Assembly (NCBI GenBank): GCA_037133475.1
Contig: JBAXOB010000011.1
Span: forward strand, 18,994 to 82,993
DNA length: 64,000 nucleotides
Direction: 5' to 3'
From: Bacteroidota bacterium
Lineage (GTDB): Bacteria > Bacteroidota > Bacteroidia > Bacteroidales > FEN-979
Position numbers and translations under genes: made by a program. Below are positions 27,637 through 36,783 of the stretch, in pieces. Position 1 is the stretch's first letter; the number at the start of each line of letters is the position of its first letter. A model generated the notes under the pieces. It did not search any database and had not been told where the DNA came from. It saw only the letters and a list, made by a program, of their open reading frames with translations.

Positions 27637-28311
27637 ATGCTCCGAATAAAGAGGATGTCTTTCCTGGTCTTTACCTGCATGACAATTATGCTGGTCACCA
27701 CTTCGTTTACGCCGCCGTCGTTCCAGATCGGGCTCCTGAAATATTCGGGTGGCGGCGACTGGTATGCCAATCCCACCTCCCTGCCGAACCTGGCGAAATT
27801 CGCCAACCATAATCTTTCCTGCAATATCAGCGAGGATATTGCCACGGTGGATGTTGGCAGCACCGACCTGATGAACTATCCGTTCGTTCACATGACCGGC
27901 CACGGGAATGTGGTGTTTTCGGAACAGGAGTTGCAGAACCTGAGAAATTACCTGATTGGCGGTGGTTTCCTGCATATTGACGACAATTACGGAATGGATA
28001 AGTTTATCAGGCCCCAGCTGAAAAGACTCTTCCCGGAACTCGAACTGCTTGAACTACCGTTCGATCACCCAATTTATCACCAGAAATTTCCCTTCCGGAC
28101 CGGGTTGCCCAAGATCCACGAACATGACGGCAAGCCACCCCAGGGGTTCGGCCTTATATACGAAGGAAGGCTGGTGGTGTTTTACACCTATGAGTGTGAT
28201 CTCGGCGATGGCTGGGAGGATCCTGCCGTTCACGGCGATTCGGAACCCACACGGCTCAAGGCCCTGCAGATGGGAGCGAACATCCTGCAATATGTTTTTA
28301 CCGCAAAATAA
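27637..28311 (+). CDS. DUF4159 domain protein
   Basis: YSGGGDWYANP, PFVHMTGHG, GGFLHIDDNY and DLGDGWED motifs. Confidence 0.88.
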   Translation: MLRIKRMSFLVFTCMTIMLVTTSFTPPSFQIGLLKYSGGGDWYANPTSLPNLAKFANHNLSCNISEDIATVDVGSTDLMNYPFVHMTGHGNVVFSEQELQNLRNYLIGGGFLHIDDNYGMDKFIRPQLKRLFPELELLELPFDHPIYHQKFPFRTGLPKIHEHDGKPPQGFGLIYEGRLVVFYTYECDLGDGWEDPAVHGDSEPTRLKALQMGANILQYVFTAK

Positions 28312-28364
28312 ATATCAATCCCTGTTTCGATTGTCGTAACTGCCGGGAAAACAGGGCAGCTCCT

Positions 28365-30176
28365 TTAGGAACCAACCTGTTTGCTGCTGCGCTTGCGCTC
28401 GATCTCATCAAGCAGGATCTTGCGAAGGCGGATCGATTTTGGCGTCACCTCCACATATTCATCACCCTTGATATATTCCATCGCCTCCTCGAGGGAGAAT
28501 TTGGTGGCAGGATAAATTACCGCCTTGTCGTCGGAGCCCGAAGCACGCACGTTGGAAAGTTTTTTCGTCTTGTTCACGTTGATCACGATATCGTCGCTGC
28601 GGGTGCTTTCGCCGATGACCTGCCCGTTGTAGACATCCTCGAAGGGTTCGATGAAGAACTTGCCGCGGTCCTGAAGCTTATCAATGGCATAGGTGATGGC
28701 AAGCCCTGTATACATCGAGATCAGCGAGCCGTTGTTGCGGCCCTGCATATCGCCTTTCCAGGGCTGGTAGGCTTTGAAACGGTGGGCCATCACGGCCTCC
28801 CCTTCGGTTGCCGTCAGCACCGGGTTGCGCAGCCCGATCAGTCCGCGGGCGGGGATGTCGAACTCGAGGATCACCCGGTCGCGTTTGTGTTCCATGTGCG
28901 TCATGTCGCCCTTGCGGCGGCTTACCAGCTCGATAACCTTGCCGGCAAATGCTTCCGGGACCTGGACTTTCAGCAATTCGACAGGTTCGCATTTCACCCC
29001 GTCGATCTCCTTGGTGAGGATCTGGGGCTGGCCCAGCTGAAATTCGTATCCCTCGCGGCGCATGGTCTCCACCAGGATGGCCAGGTGGAGGATTCCCCTG
29101 CCATATACCTGGAAACGGTCGGGTGAATCCATCTCCTCGACCTTCAGGGCCAGGTTTTTTTCGGTCTCTTTGAAAAGCCGCTCGCGGATATGGCGGGAGG
29201 TCACAAAGGTTCCCTCCTTGCCTGCAAACGGTGAATTATTGATGGTGAAGAGCATGCTCATGGTTGGTTCATCAACGCTGATGGGAGACATGCCTTCAGG
29301 ATTTTCAAAATCGGCAATGGTGTCGCCGATATCGAAATTTTCGGGTCCGAGGATGGCGCAGATCTCACCCGCACTAACCTCAAATTTGACCTTTTCCTTG
29401 CTGAGTCCTTCAAACAGGTAAAGCTCTTTGACCACCGATTTGACAACCGTCCGGTCGTTCTTGACCAGCGAGATGGGCATCCCTGACTTTACGCTTCCGC
29501 GGGTGATCCTGCCAACGGCGATCCTGCCCACATAAGAGGAGTAATCGAGTGAGCTGATCTGCATCTGCAGCGTACCCGGCAATTGCGGCGGGGCAGGGAT
29601 ATGTTCGATGATCTGGTCAAGCAGGTAGCTGACGTCGGTGGTTTCATTTTTCCAGTCATCCGACATCCAGCCATGTTTGGAAGAGCCGTAAACGGTGGGG
29701 AAATTCAACTGGTCTTCGCTCGCATCGAGGCTGAACATCAGGTCGAACATGGCCTCCTGTACTTCGCCGGGCGAGCAGTTGGGCTTATCAACCTTGTTGA
29801 TCACCACAATGGGTTTCTTGCCTAATTCCAGGGCCTTTTGCAGCACAAACCGGGTCTGGGGCATAGGGCCTTCGAATGCATCCACCAGGATCAGTACGCC
29901 ATCGGCCATGTTCAGAACCCGTTCGACCTCTCCCCCGAAATCGGAGTGACCAGGGGTATCAATGATGTTGATCTTAATTCCCTTGTACCTGACGGAGACG
30001 TTTTTCGAGAGGATGGTAATCCCGCGCTCGCGCTCCAGGTCGTTCGAATCGAGGATCAGCTCCCCAACGTCCTGGTTGTCGCGAAACATATGAACCTGGT
30101 GCAATATCCGGTCAACCAGGGTTGTTTTACCGTGGTCAACATGGGCAATAATAGCGATATTTCTGATATCCTGCAT
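28365..30176 (-). CDS. typA: Translational GTPase TypA/BipA
   Basis: AHVDHGKTT, ERERGITI, DTPGH, NKVD, GRGILHL and KKLSNVRASGSD motifs. Confidence 0.97.
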   Translation of the reverse strand: MQDIRNIAIIAHVDHGKTTLVDRILHQVHMFRDNQDVGELILDSNDLERERGITILSKNVSVRYKGIKINIIDTPGHSDFGGEVERVLNMADGVLILVDAFEGPMPQTRFVLQKALELGKKPIVVINKVDKPNCSPGEVQEAMFDLMFSLDASEDQLNFPTVYGSSKHGWMSDDWKNETTDVSYLLDQIIEHIPAPPQLPGTLQMQISSLDYSSYVGRIAVGRITRGSVKSGMPISLVKNDRTVVKSVVKELYLFEGLSKEKVKFEVSAGEICAILGPENFDIGDTIADFENPEGMSPISVDEPTMSMLFTINNSPFAGKEGTFVTSRHIRERLFKETEKNLALKVEEMDSPDRFQVYGRGILHLAILVETMRREGYEFQLGQPQILTKEIDGVKCEPVELLKVQVPEAFAGKVIELVSRRKGDMTHMEHKRDRVILEFDIPARGLIGLRNPVLTATEGEAVMAHRFKAYQPWKGDMQGRNNGSLISMYTGLAITYAIDKLQDRGKFFIEPFEDVYNGQVIGESTRSDDIVINVNKTKKLSNVRASGSDDKAVIYPATKFSLEEAMEYIKGDEYVEVTPKSIRLRKILLDEIERKRSSKQVGS

Positions 30177-30211
30177 GTTAAATTAATAAGGTGGCTGTTT
30201 GAAATGGTTTG

Positions 30212-30241
30212 CAAAGGTACGCTAAATATCAACGCACCAAA
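30212..30241 (-). promoter_or_regulatory. typA promoter (-33 TTTG, 18-nt spacer, -7 TACCTTTG)
   Basis: Directly read on the minus strand. Confidence 0.6.
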
Positions 30242-30594
30242 CATTTGAATAAAAGCAGATTTTATGGGACGGTGGATCAGAAATTCACACGCCGCATTTT
30301 TTCCCGCGATTCATATCAGGCGGTAACAGGCTGGCTGCCGCCACCAAAAGACGACGCGCATTCAAATTCCGAAGATAATCGTGAAATATTTTAATGTCAT
30401 TTTTTCATTACTTATACTTGACTTTTATTATTTATATTGTATCTTTATCCTGTGGCTGGCTGAACCTGCATGGTAACTGCAGACTCACCCGTTTTAACGT
30501 GCATTTCCGGCAGGCTGCATCAGCATTGATGATCCTTTTATAGCGAAGTACCTATAAGCGGGGTGCGAACACCTATCCCCTGAATCCGGACGTT

Positions 30595-32010
30595 ATGAAA
30601 AGAATAATTCTGATTCCCCTTTGTATTTTCCTCCTTCAGATGGCCTTTGGCCAGCATAATTTCGGAAAGGTTTTCCTGGAATTTTCCCCATCCGGGGATG
30701 CCGCAGCCAATTCGGTAGGCCAAAATTATGAAGGCGGCTATGTCATGGCAGGATATTCGGGCACCTATCCCGACACCGTTAAGGCCCTTTTTTTCAGAAC
30801 CGACCAGGTTGGCGACACGCTTTGGTCGGTCAGGGCAGGCTTTGGATTGAACACCTATGGCGCGGAGATCATCCCCACGCCCGACAGTTGTTTCATGGCG
30901 GCTGGTTCTGTCGAGGGAGCCGGGATTTTTATGATGAAACTAAGCCAGGCAGGCCAGAAGATCTGGGTGAAACGTTACCAGGACAGGGCTTACCAGGGAG
31001 TGGGAGGACTTATCCGCACCAGCGACAGCGGCTACCTGGTTTGCGGCAGGGTGGACCAATCCACCTCCGTGCTCTCCTGGACTGCTTACCTGTTAAATAC
31101 CAACAGCCAGGGAGACACACTCTGGACAAGGCTCATTGATGACGGCGACCCGCTTACTTTTGAATCAGCAACCTCCGTTACCGAAACTCCCGGCGGGCAT
31201 TATGCCCTATGCGGCTACCAGGACAACCTGGTCCTTCAACCACCCACCACCATTTTGCTGGCGGAGACCCAGCGTAACGGGAACCTCCTGTTTTTTAAAA
31301 CATACCCGAACGTGGTCCATGGGCAATTCTGTAATGCCAGTGATCTTTGCTGTTCGGATAACGGGGGGATGATGGTAGTTGCTAGTGCCAGCGACGACCC
31401 TTGGGGAACCGACTGGAAATTCCAGCTTCTGAAAACAGATCAGAATGGCGACACTTTGTGGACAAGGGTGATTAACAGCGCTACCATATATTCCATCCAA
31501 AAGGCCAACAGCAATACCTATGTTGTCTGCGGCACCAATCACGACCCTGATTCAACCGCTTACCGGGGATACCTGGCAACGCTCGATGCGGCCGGGAACC
31601 TGACCATGGAAGGGTTCTATGGCAGTGAAAACTGCTGTTTTTATGAAGTCCGGGTCACCGGCGACAATGGCTATGTGGCGGCAGGCAGGAGTCTTTCAGC
31701 CGACCAGAAGGAGTACCCGTGCATGGTGAAAACCGACGCTGAGGGTCTCTTCACAGGTGTTTCAAAAGCAGGCAAGGATCAGCCGGGTCTCATCTTCCCC
31801 AATCCCACAGATGGAATGACCCGGGTGACATTCCCATCAGGCACCATTTGGTTTGGTATTTATAACCAGGTTGGAAAGCTGATCATATCGGGCGACGACC
31901 CGGATTCACTTCCCAGTTTGATAGATCTTGACCATCAACCGGGTGGATGTTATTTACTGAAATCCGTCACCGTGGATGGTACGGTGATTCAAAAGATCAT
32001 AAAGCGTTGA
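30595..32010 (+). CDS. T9SS-secreted beta-propeller-like protein with type A CTD
   Basis: Signal peptide; repeated K/RTD..GDTLW units; CTD IFPNP..GCYLLK..KIIKR. Confidence 0.82.
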   Translation: MKRIILIPLCIFLLQMAFGQHNFGKVFLEFSPSGDAAANSVGQNYEGGYVMAGYSGTYPDTVKALFFRTDQVGDTLWSVRAGFGLNTYGAEIIPTPDSCFMAAGSVEGAGIFMMKLSQAGQKIWVKRYQDRAYQGVGGLIRTSDSGYLVCGRVDQSTSVLSWTAYLLNTNSQGDTLWTRLIDDGDPLTFESATSVTETPGGHYALCGYQDNLVLQPPTTILLAETQRNGNLLFFKTYPNVVHGQFCNASDLCCSDNGGMMVVASASDDPWGTDWKFQLLKTDQNGDTLWTRVINSATIYSIQKANSNTYVVCGTNHDPDSTAYRGYLATLDAAGNLTMEGFYGSENCCFYEVRVTGDNGYVAAGRSLSADQKEYPCMVKTDAEGLFTGVSKAGKDQPGLIFPNPTDGMTRVTFPSGTIWFGIYNQVGKLIISGDDPDSLPSLIDLDHQPGGCYLLKSVTVDGTVIQKIIKR

Positions 32011-32115
32011 CCGCTGACAATGCGTATGAGGGATAACAACCCATTGTAAAATAAAAATCAAGAGGAGTATGCCGAAAATCCTGAACAGAGTAGGCAACAC
32101 ACAAAATCATTTTAT

Positions 32116-32883
32116 ATGGCGCGAAATATAACATGGTATGGTTGGCGACCTGATTTGCCCGACCAGCGAGATTTAATGTATTCAGCACCCCGTGCTGTCA
32201 TGGCTAAACTGCCGGTTAAAGTTGATCTGCGACACCTTTGTCCGCCTGTATACGACCAGGGTGAACTGGGCAGCTGCACGGCCAATGCAATTGGGGCCGC
32301 CTTTGAGTTTGGCCTGATGAAGCAGAACATAACAGCGGATTTTACGCCTGCCCGTCTCTTCATCTATTATAATGAAAGGGTCATGGAACACACTGTGACT
32401 GTTGACAATGGCGCTGAAATCAGGGATGGAATGAAGAGTCTCAACACCAAGGGGGTGTGTCCTGAGAAAATGCTGCCGTACGATATCACGAAATTCGCCG
32501 TCAAGCCGGCTGCTGCCTGCTATAAGGAGGCGCTGAAACACCAGGCCCTCTCCTATCACCGTGTAACCCGCACCACCGACCAGATGAAGGGTTGCCTGGC
32601 TGAAGGTTACCCCTTTGTATTCGGTTTCACGGTCTACGAATCCTTTGAAAGCGATGCAGTTGCCAAATCCGGAACATTGAACCTCCCGAAGAAAAACGAA
32701 AAATGTGTGGGCGGCCATGCAGTCCTTGCCGTCGGGTACGATGATACCGCCAAACGGTTTATTGTCCGCAACAGCTGGGGCTCCGACTGGGGAATGGCAG
32801 GCTATTTCACGATGCCCTATGGTTACCTGACCGACGGGAATCTCTCCGACGACTTCTGGACAATCCGCATTGTTGAAGTATAA
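32116..32883 (+). CDS. C1A papain-family cysteine protease (xylellain-like), no signal peptide
   Basis: YGWRPD N-terminus; DQGELGSCTANA (Gln, Cys), GGHAV (His), RNSWG (Asn). Confidence 0.92.
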   Translation: MARNITWYGWRPDLPDQRDLMYSAPRAVMAKLPVKVDLRHLCPPVYDQGELGSCTANAIGAAFEFGLMKQNITADFTPARLFIYYNERVMEHTVTVDNGAEIRDGMKSLNTKGVCPEKMLPYDITKFAVKPAAACYKEALKHQALSYHRVTRTTDQMKGCLAEGYPFVFGFTVYESFESDAVAKSGTLNLPKKNEKCVGGHAVLAVGYDDTAKRFIVRNSWGSDWGMAGYFTMPYGYLTDGNLSDDFWTIRIVEV

Positions 32884-32960
32884 AAGCCGATCCTTCCTCT
32901 TCATCCCGTTCGATTTTTTCCCTGTTTTTCTTTTTCCCGGGAGAAGCGTATCTTTACGCG

Positions 32961-34511
32961 ATGAAGATCAACATTATCGGGTCAGGGGTAGCAGGATTAT
33001 CCATAGGATGTTACCTGCAGATGAACGGGTTTGAAACTGAAATTTTCGAGCGTCATTCCACATTCGGGGGTTTGTGCACCAACTGGAGCCGCAAGGGATA
33101 TACCTTTGAAAGCGGGTTCCAGTGGCTGTTGGGATCCAACAGGCATAACCCGTTCTACCTTTTATGGTCGGAACTGATCGACATGGAATCGATCCGTTTT
33201 GTTCATCACAAAACGAGGATGGATATTGAGGTCAGTGATTCGGCCGACCGTTTTGGAAGCAAGGTGTTTCACTTGTACACCAACCTTGACAGGCTGGAGG
33301 AATACCTGCTCTCCATTGCCCCCGAAGATAAAAAGCCTGTAACGCAGTTTATCCGGTCGATCAGGAAGATGCAAAACTTTGAGATCCCTCCCATGGTCAG
33401 GGAGGTGCCGGATATTTTGCCCTTGCGCCGCAAGATCCGTTTCATCAGGTATTTGCCATTACTTTTTTTCCTGAACAGGGTCAGGAAGGAAACCAATGTC
33501 ACCTTTGCTGCAAAACTCAGGAATCCTTTCCTGAAAGAGGCATTCCAGCTGATTTTCGACGGCGATGAACTGCCGCTGCTCATCCATACCTTGCCGCTGG
33601 CCTTTAATGACCGTAACGCAACAGGCTATCCTGCAGGCGGCTCGGTCGGTTTCGTCGGGAAAATTGAAAAAAGATACCTAGAACTCGGGGGAAAAATCAG
33701 GTACCAGGCGGAGGTGGAAAAGATCGTGACGGAACAAAACAAGGCTGTTGGATTGCTGCTGAAAAACGGCGGGTTCATTGCTTCGGACATCACCGTTTCG
33801 GCTGCCGACTGGCATTTTACGATCTTTGAAGCCCTGGAGGGAAAGTTTGTCAACGATACCATTTTAAAGCTCTCCCGGCAGGAGAGGCTGAAGGTTTACT
33901 ATTCGGTGTTCGTGGTCTCGCTCGGGGTTGCAGCAAACTACAACCAGCATCCGCCCTTCATGCGGTTTCCCCTCGACCGGAAACTGGTCTCTCCCGACGG
34001 AACTGAACATAACCGGATGGAGATCCATCTCAACAATTACGATCCATCGGCTGCCCCAGCGGGGAAAACGGTGGTATATCTCAGTTTCTACACCCGGCAG
34101 GCTGATTTCTGGATCGACCTCCGGGAAAAAGATTATCCGGGCTACCTGGAACAAAAGCAGGATTTTGCAGAGCAGATCATCGGGGCGGCGGATGAAAGGC
34201 TGCCCGGGTTGCGCAGCAATACCGAAGTTATTGACATTGCCACTCCTGCCACCTTCCGGCGTTATACCCGTAACTGGAAAGGCAGTGTACAGGGATGGCT
34301 GCCGGGAGAAAATATCATTTCGCAATCACCGGTTAAAACCGTGCTCCCTGGGCTTAAGAACTTCTTCTTTACGGGTCACTGGACCATTCCCGGCGGGGGG
34401 TTGCCGGTTGCCATCAAGTCGGCCCGGGACGTTGCCAAAATCATCTGTCACCAGGAAAAGGTGCCTTTCAACGTATTGCCGGTTGCCACCGCTCACGCCA
34501 GGCCTGAGTGA
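32961..34511 (+). CDS. FAD-dependent oxidoreductase, phytoene desaturase/COG1233 family
   Basis: IIGSGVAGL dinucleotide-binding motif, GGLCTNWSRKGYTFE, ATPATFRRY, GHWTIPGGG. Confidence 0.88.
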   Translation: MKINIIGSGVAGLSIGCYLQMNGFETEIFERHSTFGGLCTNWSRKGYTFESGFQWLLGSNRHNPFYLLWSELIDMESIRFVHHKTRMDIEVSDSADRFGSKVFHLYTNLDRLEEYLLSIAPEDKKPVTQFIRSIRKMQNFEIPPMVREVPDILPLRRKIRFIRYLPLLFFLNRVRKETNVTFAAKLRNPFLKEAFQLIFDGDELPLLIHTLPLAFNDRNATGYPAGGSVGFVGKIEKRYLELGGKIRYQAEVEKIVTEQNKAVGLLLKNGGFIASDITVSAADWHFTIFEALEGKFVNDTILKLSRQERLKVYYSVFVVSLGVAANYNQHPPFMRFPLDRKLVSPDGTEHNRMEIHLNNYDPSAAPAGKTVVYLSFYTRQADFWIDLREKDYPGYLEQKQDFAEQIIGAADERLPGLRSNTEVIDIATPATFRRYTRNWKGSVQGWLPGENIISQSPVKTVLPGLKNFFFTGHWTIPGGGLPVAIKSARDVAKIICHQEKVPFNVLPVATAHARPE

Positions 34512-34645
34512 ACATCGAATCAAATTAAAGCAAGCCCGCATTTTTGAGGATCTCATCCTGCCCTGGCTGTTTTTCGGCAAAATCGCAGAGCATTGAGGGC
34601 TTTCTGACCGACCTGTCATGGTCGTCAATCGTGCATGACAAGCCC

Positions 34646-34680
34646 TTAAAACCTTCCAATGACAATAACGGAGCACAATG
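34646..34680 (-). repeat. Degenerate half copy of the CWTTGTG-type element
   Basis: Plus strand ..caatgacaataacggagcacaatg resembles the reverse complement of cattgtgccttcattgtgtcattgtgg. Confidence 0.35.
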
Positions 34681-34776
34681 GAATGTAATGCAAAATCGGG
34701 ATGATCGCTATTGTCCCAACAGGTTTATTATACCTGTCCCGTGCACTCCTTGCCTGCGGGCAGGGACCTATCTCCC

Positions 34777-36141
34777 CTACTTTTTATTACAGTTACCCGA
34801 CTTCAGGATGATGGTCAGCGAGTTGTCGGCAGGTTCCAGGTCGTTCCACAAATGGTACCAATCGGCGCGGACAGGGAAAAAACTTGCTCCTAACGAGTTA
34901 ATGGTTGCCTGGATCGAGTCATACTCGGAGTTTGATGAGATCTGCTCATCACCGGCCATTTGCGCCATCAACGCTGGTGTCATCCTCCGGGAAAGTCGCC
35001 TTGCGGTATCTGGTTTATAGTTATAAGGCGGTTGGGTATAAAAGTAGGCGTTATCTATTTCCACGGCACTCCGGATCCTTTGCTTTGCATAGGCCTGCAA
35101 TGACATGCCGGAAGGCATCGGATAGTTGTTATAGGTGATGGGAATGGTTGAAATGATCAGTGCAGAATCCTGAATATAGGTGATCATCCGGTATGTGCAT
35201 GGATAAGCGATGGTAGAGCTGGTTTCGATGTCGTACAAAAATTTGTCTCCTGCCGTCTTTTTCACGATGTCGGTTGAATGACCATGGCCGGTGAACATCA
35301 GCTTTAATCCTCCGTTCATGAGCGAATCCGATACCGTTGTTGAGCGTTGAACGACATTATCAGGGTATAACAAATCCTGGTCAGGATAATGATTGATCAG
35401 CGCGTGATGCATCATGCCGAAAACTGTTTTCCCTTTGGCCCGCGCTTCAGCAAGGCGTGCCAGGGCCCATGTCATCGTTGCCTGCCGCATGGATCCACCC
35501 GAACATGCCGAATCCTTATTGTTTTTGCGGTAAATACAGGCGTCGATCGAAAGCAGCCAGAGACCCGGCAGCGGTTCCGAAAGATAACTTAGCGAAGCGG
35601 GATCGGTGGAGAGCGCATCGCTGTAACCGAAGTTTGCATAAATTGATTTAAAGTTGTCAGGATTTATATGTGGCACATGAACGGTGTCATAACCCCGGAA
35701 GCTGCTTGCCATCGTGAAGTTTATATCGTGGTTGCCATTGATCACCCTGACCTTGATGCCTGCACCCGTCAATTCTGTAAAAAACCCTTTAACCGATTCG
35801 TGGCTGACCGCTTCACCGTCGAACGACAGATCGCCGGGTACCAGGACAAGGTCGGGCTTTGGTTTTGCATTGATCAATTCCTGTACGACCTCTCTCATGA
35901 TCCCATCGCTTTCGCCGGGCATCCGCTGGTCGAACATGCTGAAAAATTTACCCGAGTGACTTGTGTCGCTCCACAATGACGGATCCAGGTAGTGTAGGTC
36001 GGAAATTACCGCGATTGTGTAAACAGCTTTACCCGTGGCGGTATAGTTGCTGTGCTCCTTTTTCTTACAGCTGGTGTTTAACAGCAATAATAAACTCATG
36101 ATGACCAATGAGGTGATGAAGGTTCTGGTTCTTGTTTTCAT
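34777..36141 (-). CDS. Calcineurin-like metallophosphoesterase lipoprotein
   Basis: Lipobox LNTS-C; SDLH, GDL, GNHD, MMHH and TGHGH metal ligands. Confidence 0.9.
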   Translation of the reverse strand: MKTRTRTFITSLVIMSLLLLLNTSCKKKEHSNYTATGKAVYTIAVISDLHYLDPSLWSDTSHSGKFFSMFDQRMPGESDGIMREVVQELINAKPKPDLVLVPGDLSFDGEAVSHESVKGFFTELTGAGIKVRVINGNHDINFTMASSFRGYDTVHVPHINPDNFKSIYANFGYSDALSTDPASLSYLSEPLPGLWLLSIDACIYRKNNKDSACSGGSMRQATMTWALARLAEARAKGKTVFGMMHHALINHYPDQDLLYPDNVVQRSTTVSDSLMNGGLKLMFTGHGHSTDIVKKTAGDKFLYDIETSSTIAYPCTYRMITYIQDSALIISTIPITYNNYPMPSGMSLQAYAKQRIRSAVEIDNAYFYTQPPYNYKPDTARRLSRRMTPALMAQMAGDEQISSNSEYDSIQATINSLGASFFPVRADWYHLWNDLEPADNSLTIILKSGNCNKK

Positions 36142-36156
36142 GTCGGGGAATTTAGT

Positions 36157-36187
<31 letters not shown>

Positions 36188-36783
36188 GTTATTAGGCGTA
36201 TTAGTAGCGTTAGAGTGAATGTTCCGGATCAGGTGGCGCTGACAGTTCATATTACCGGTCTTCTATCAATATCGTTGGACCGCCCCCGCTTCTGCATGCT
36301 TAAGAACGAACATTTTCCTGGTTTTCCAGGTATTCCATTACATTATCTGATGGATCACTATTGTACCCGTATCAATCCTGCAATCTTCTTTTGCCTGCGA
36401 AAGGCCTGTTAAAAAATAATCAACTTGTTGAAGGAAACACTTCCGGGTAGACCAGCAAGAACCTTGAACACCGGTAAGGTTTATCGAAGGAAAAATCGGA
36501 TCCTGTTGTTAATGAAATAACAGGTAAAGGTAATATATAAAACGGATACTCAAGTTTTTTTGATTAACCTCCGTTGGAAAGGCAGGAAAGCCACGGAATA
36601 AAACATGTCGGAACTTTTGTTTTTTCCATAAGGATCGTATTCCCATGATTAATTCGAGCAGATTAACCACTTTGTCATCAATGTATTACATGATATTTAC
36701 AATTGGATTCATTCTATTGGGGATGCCTCATTTGTGCCAACATGGTTACGATCCGTCTCGGTTTACGAACTGCAAACAGTTTG

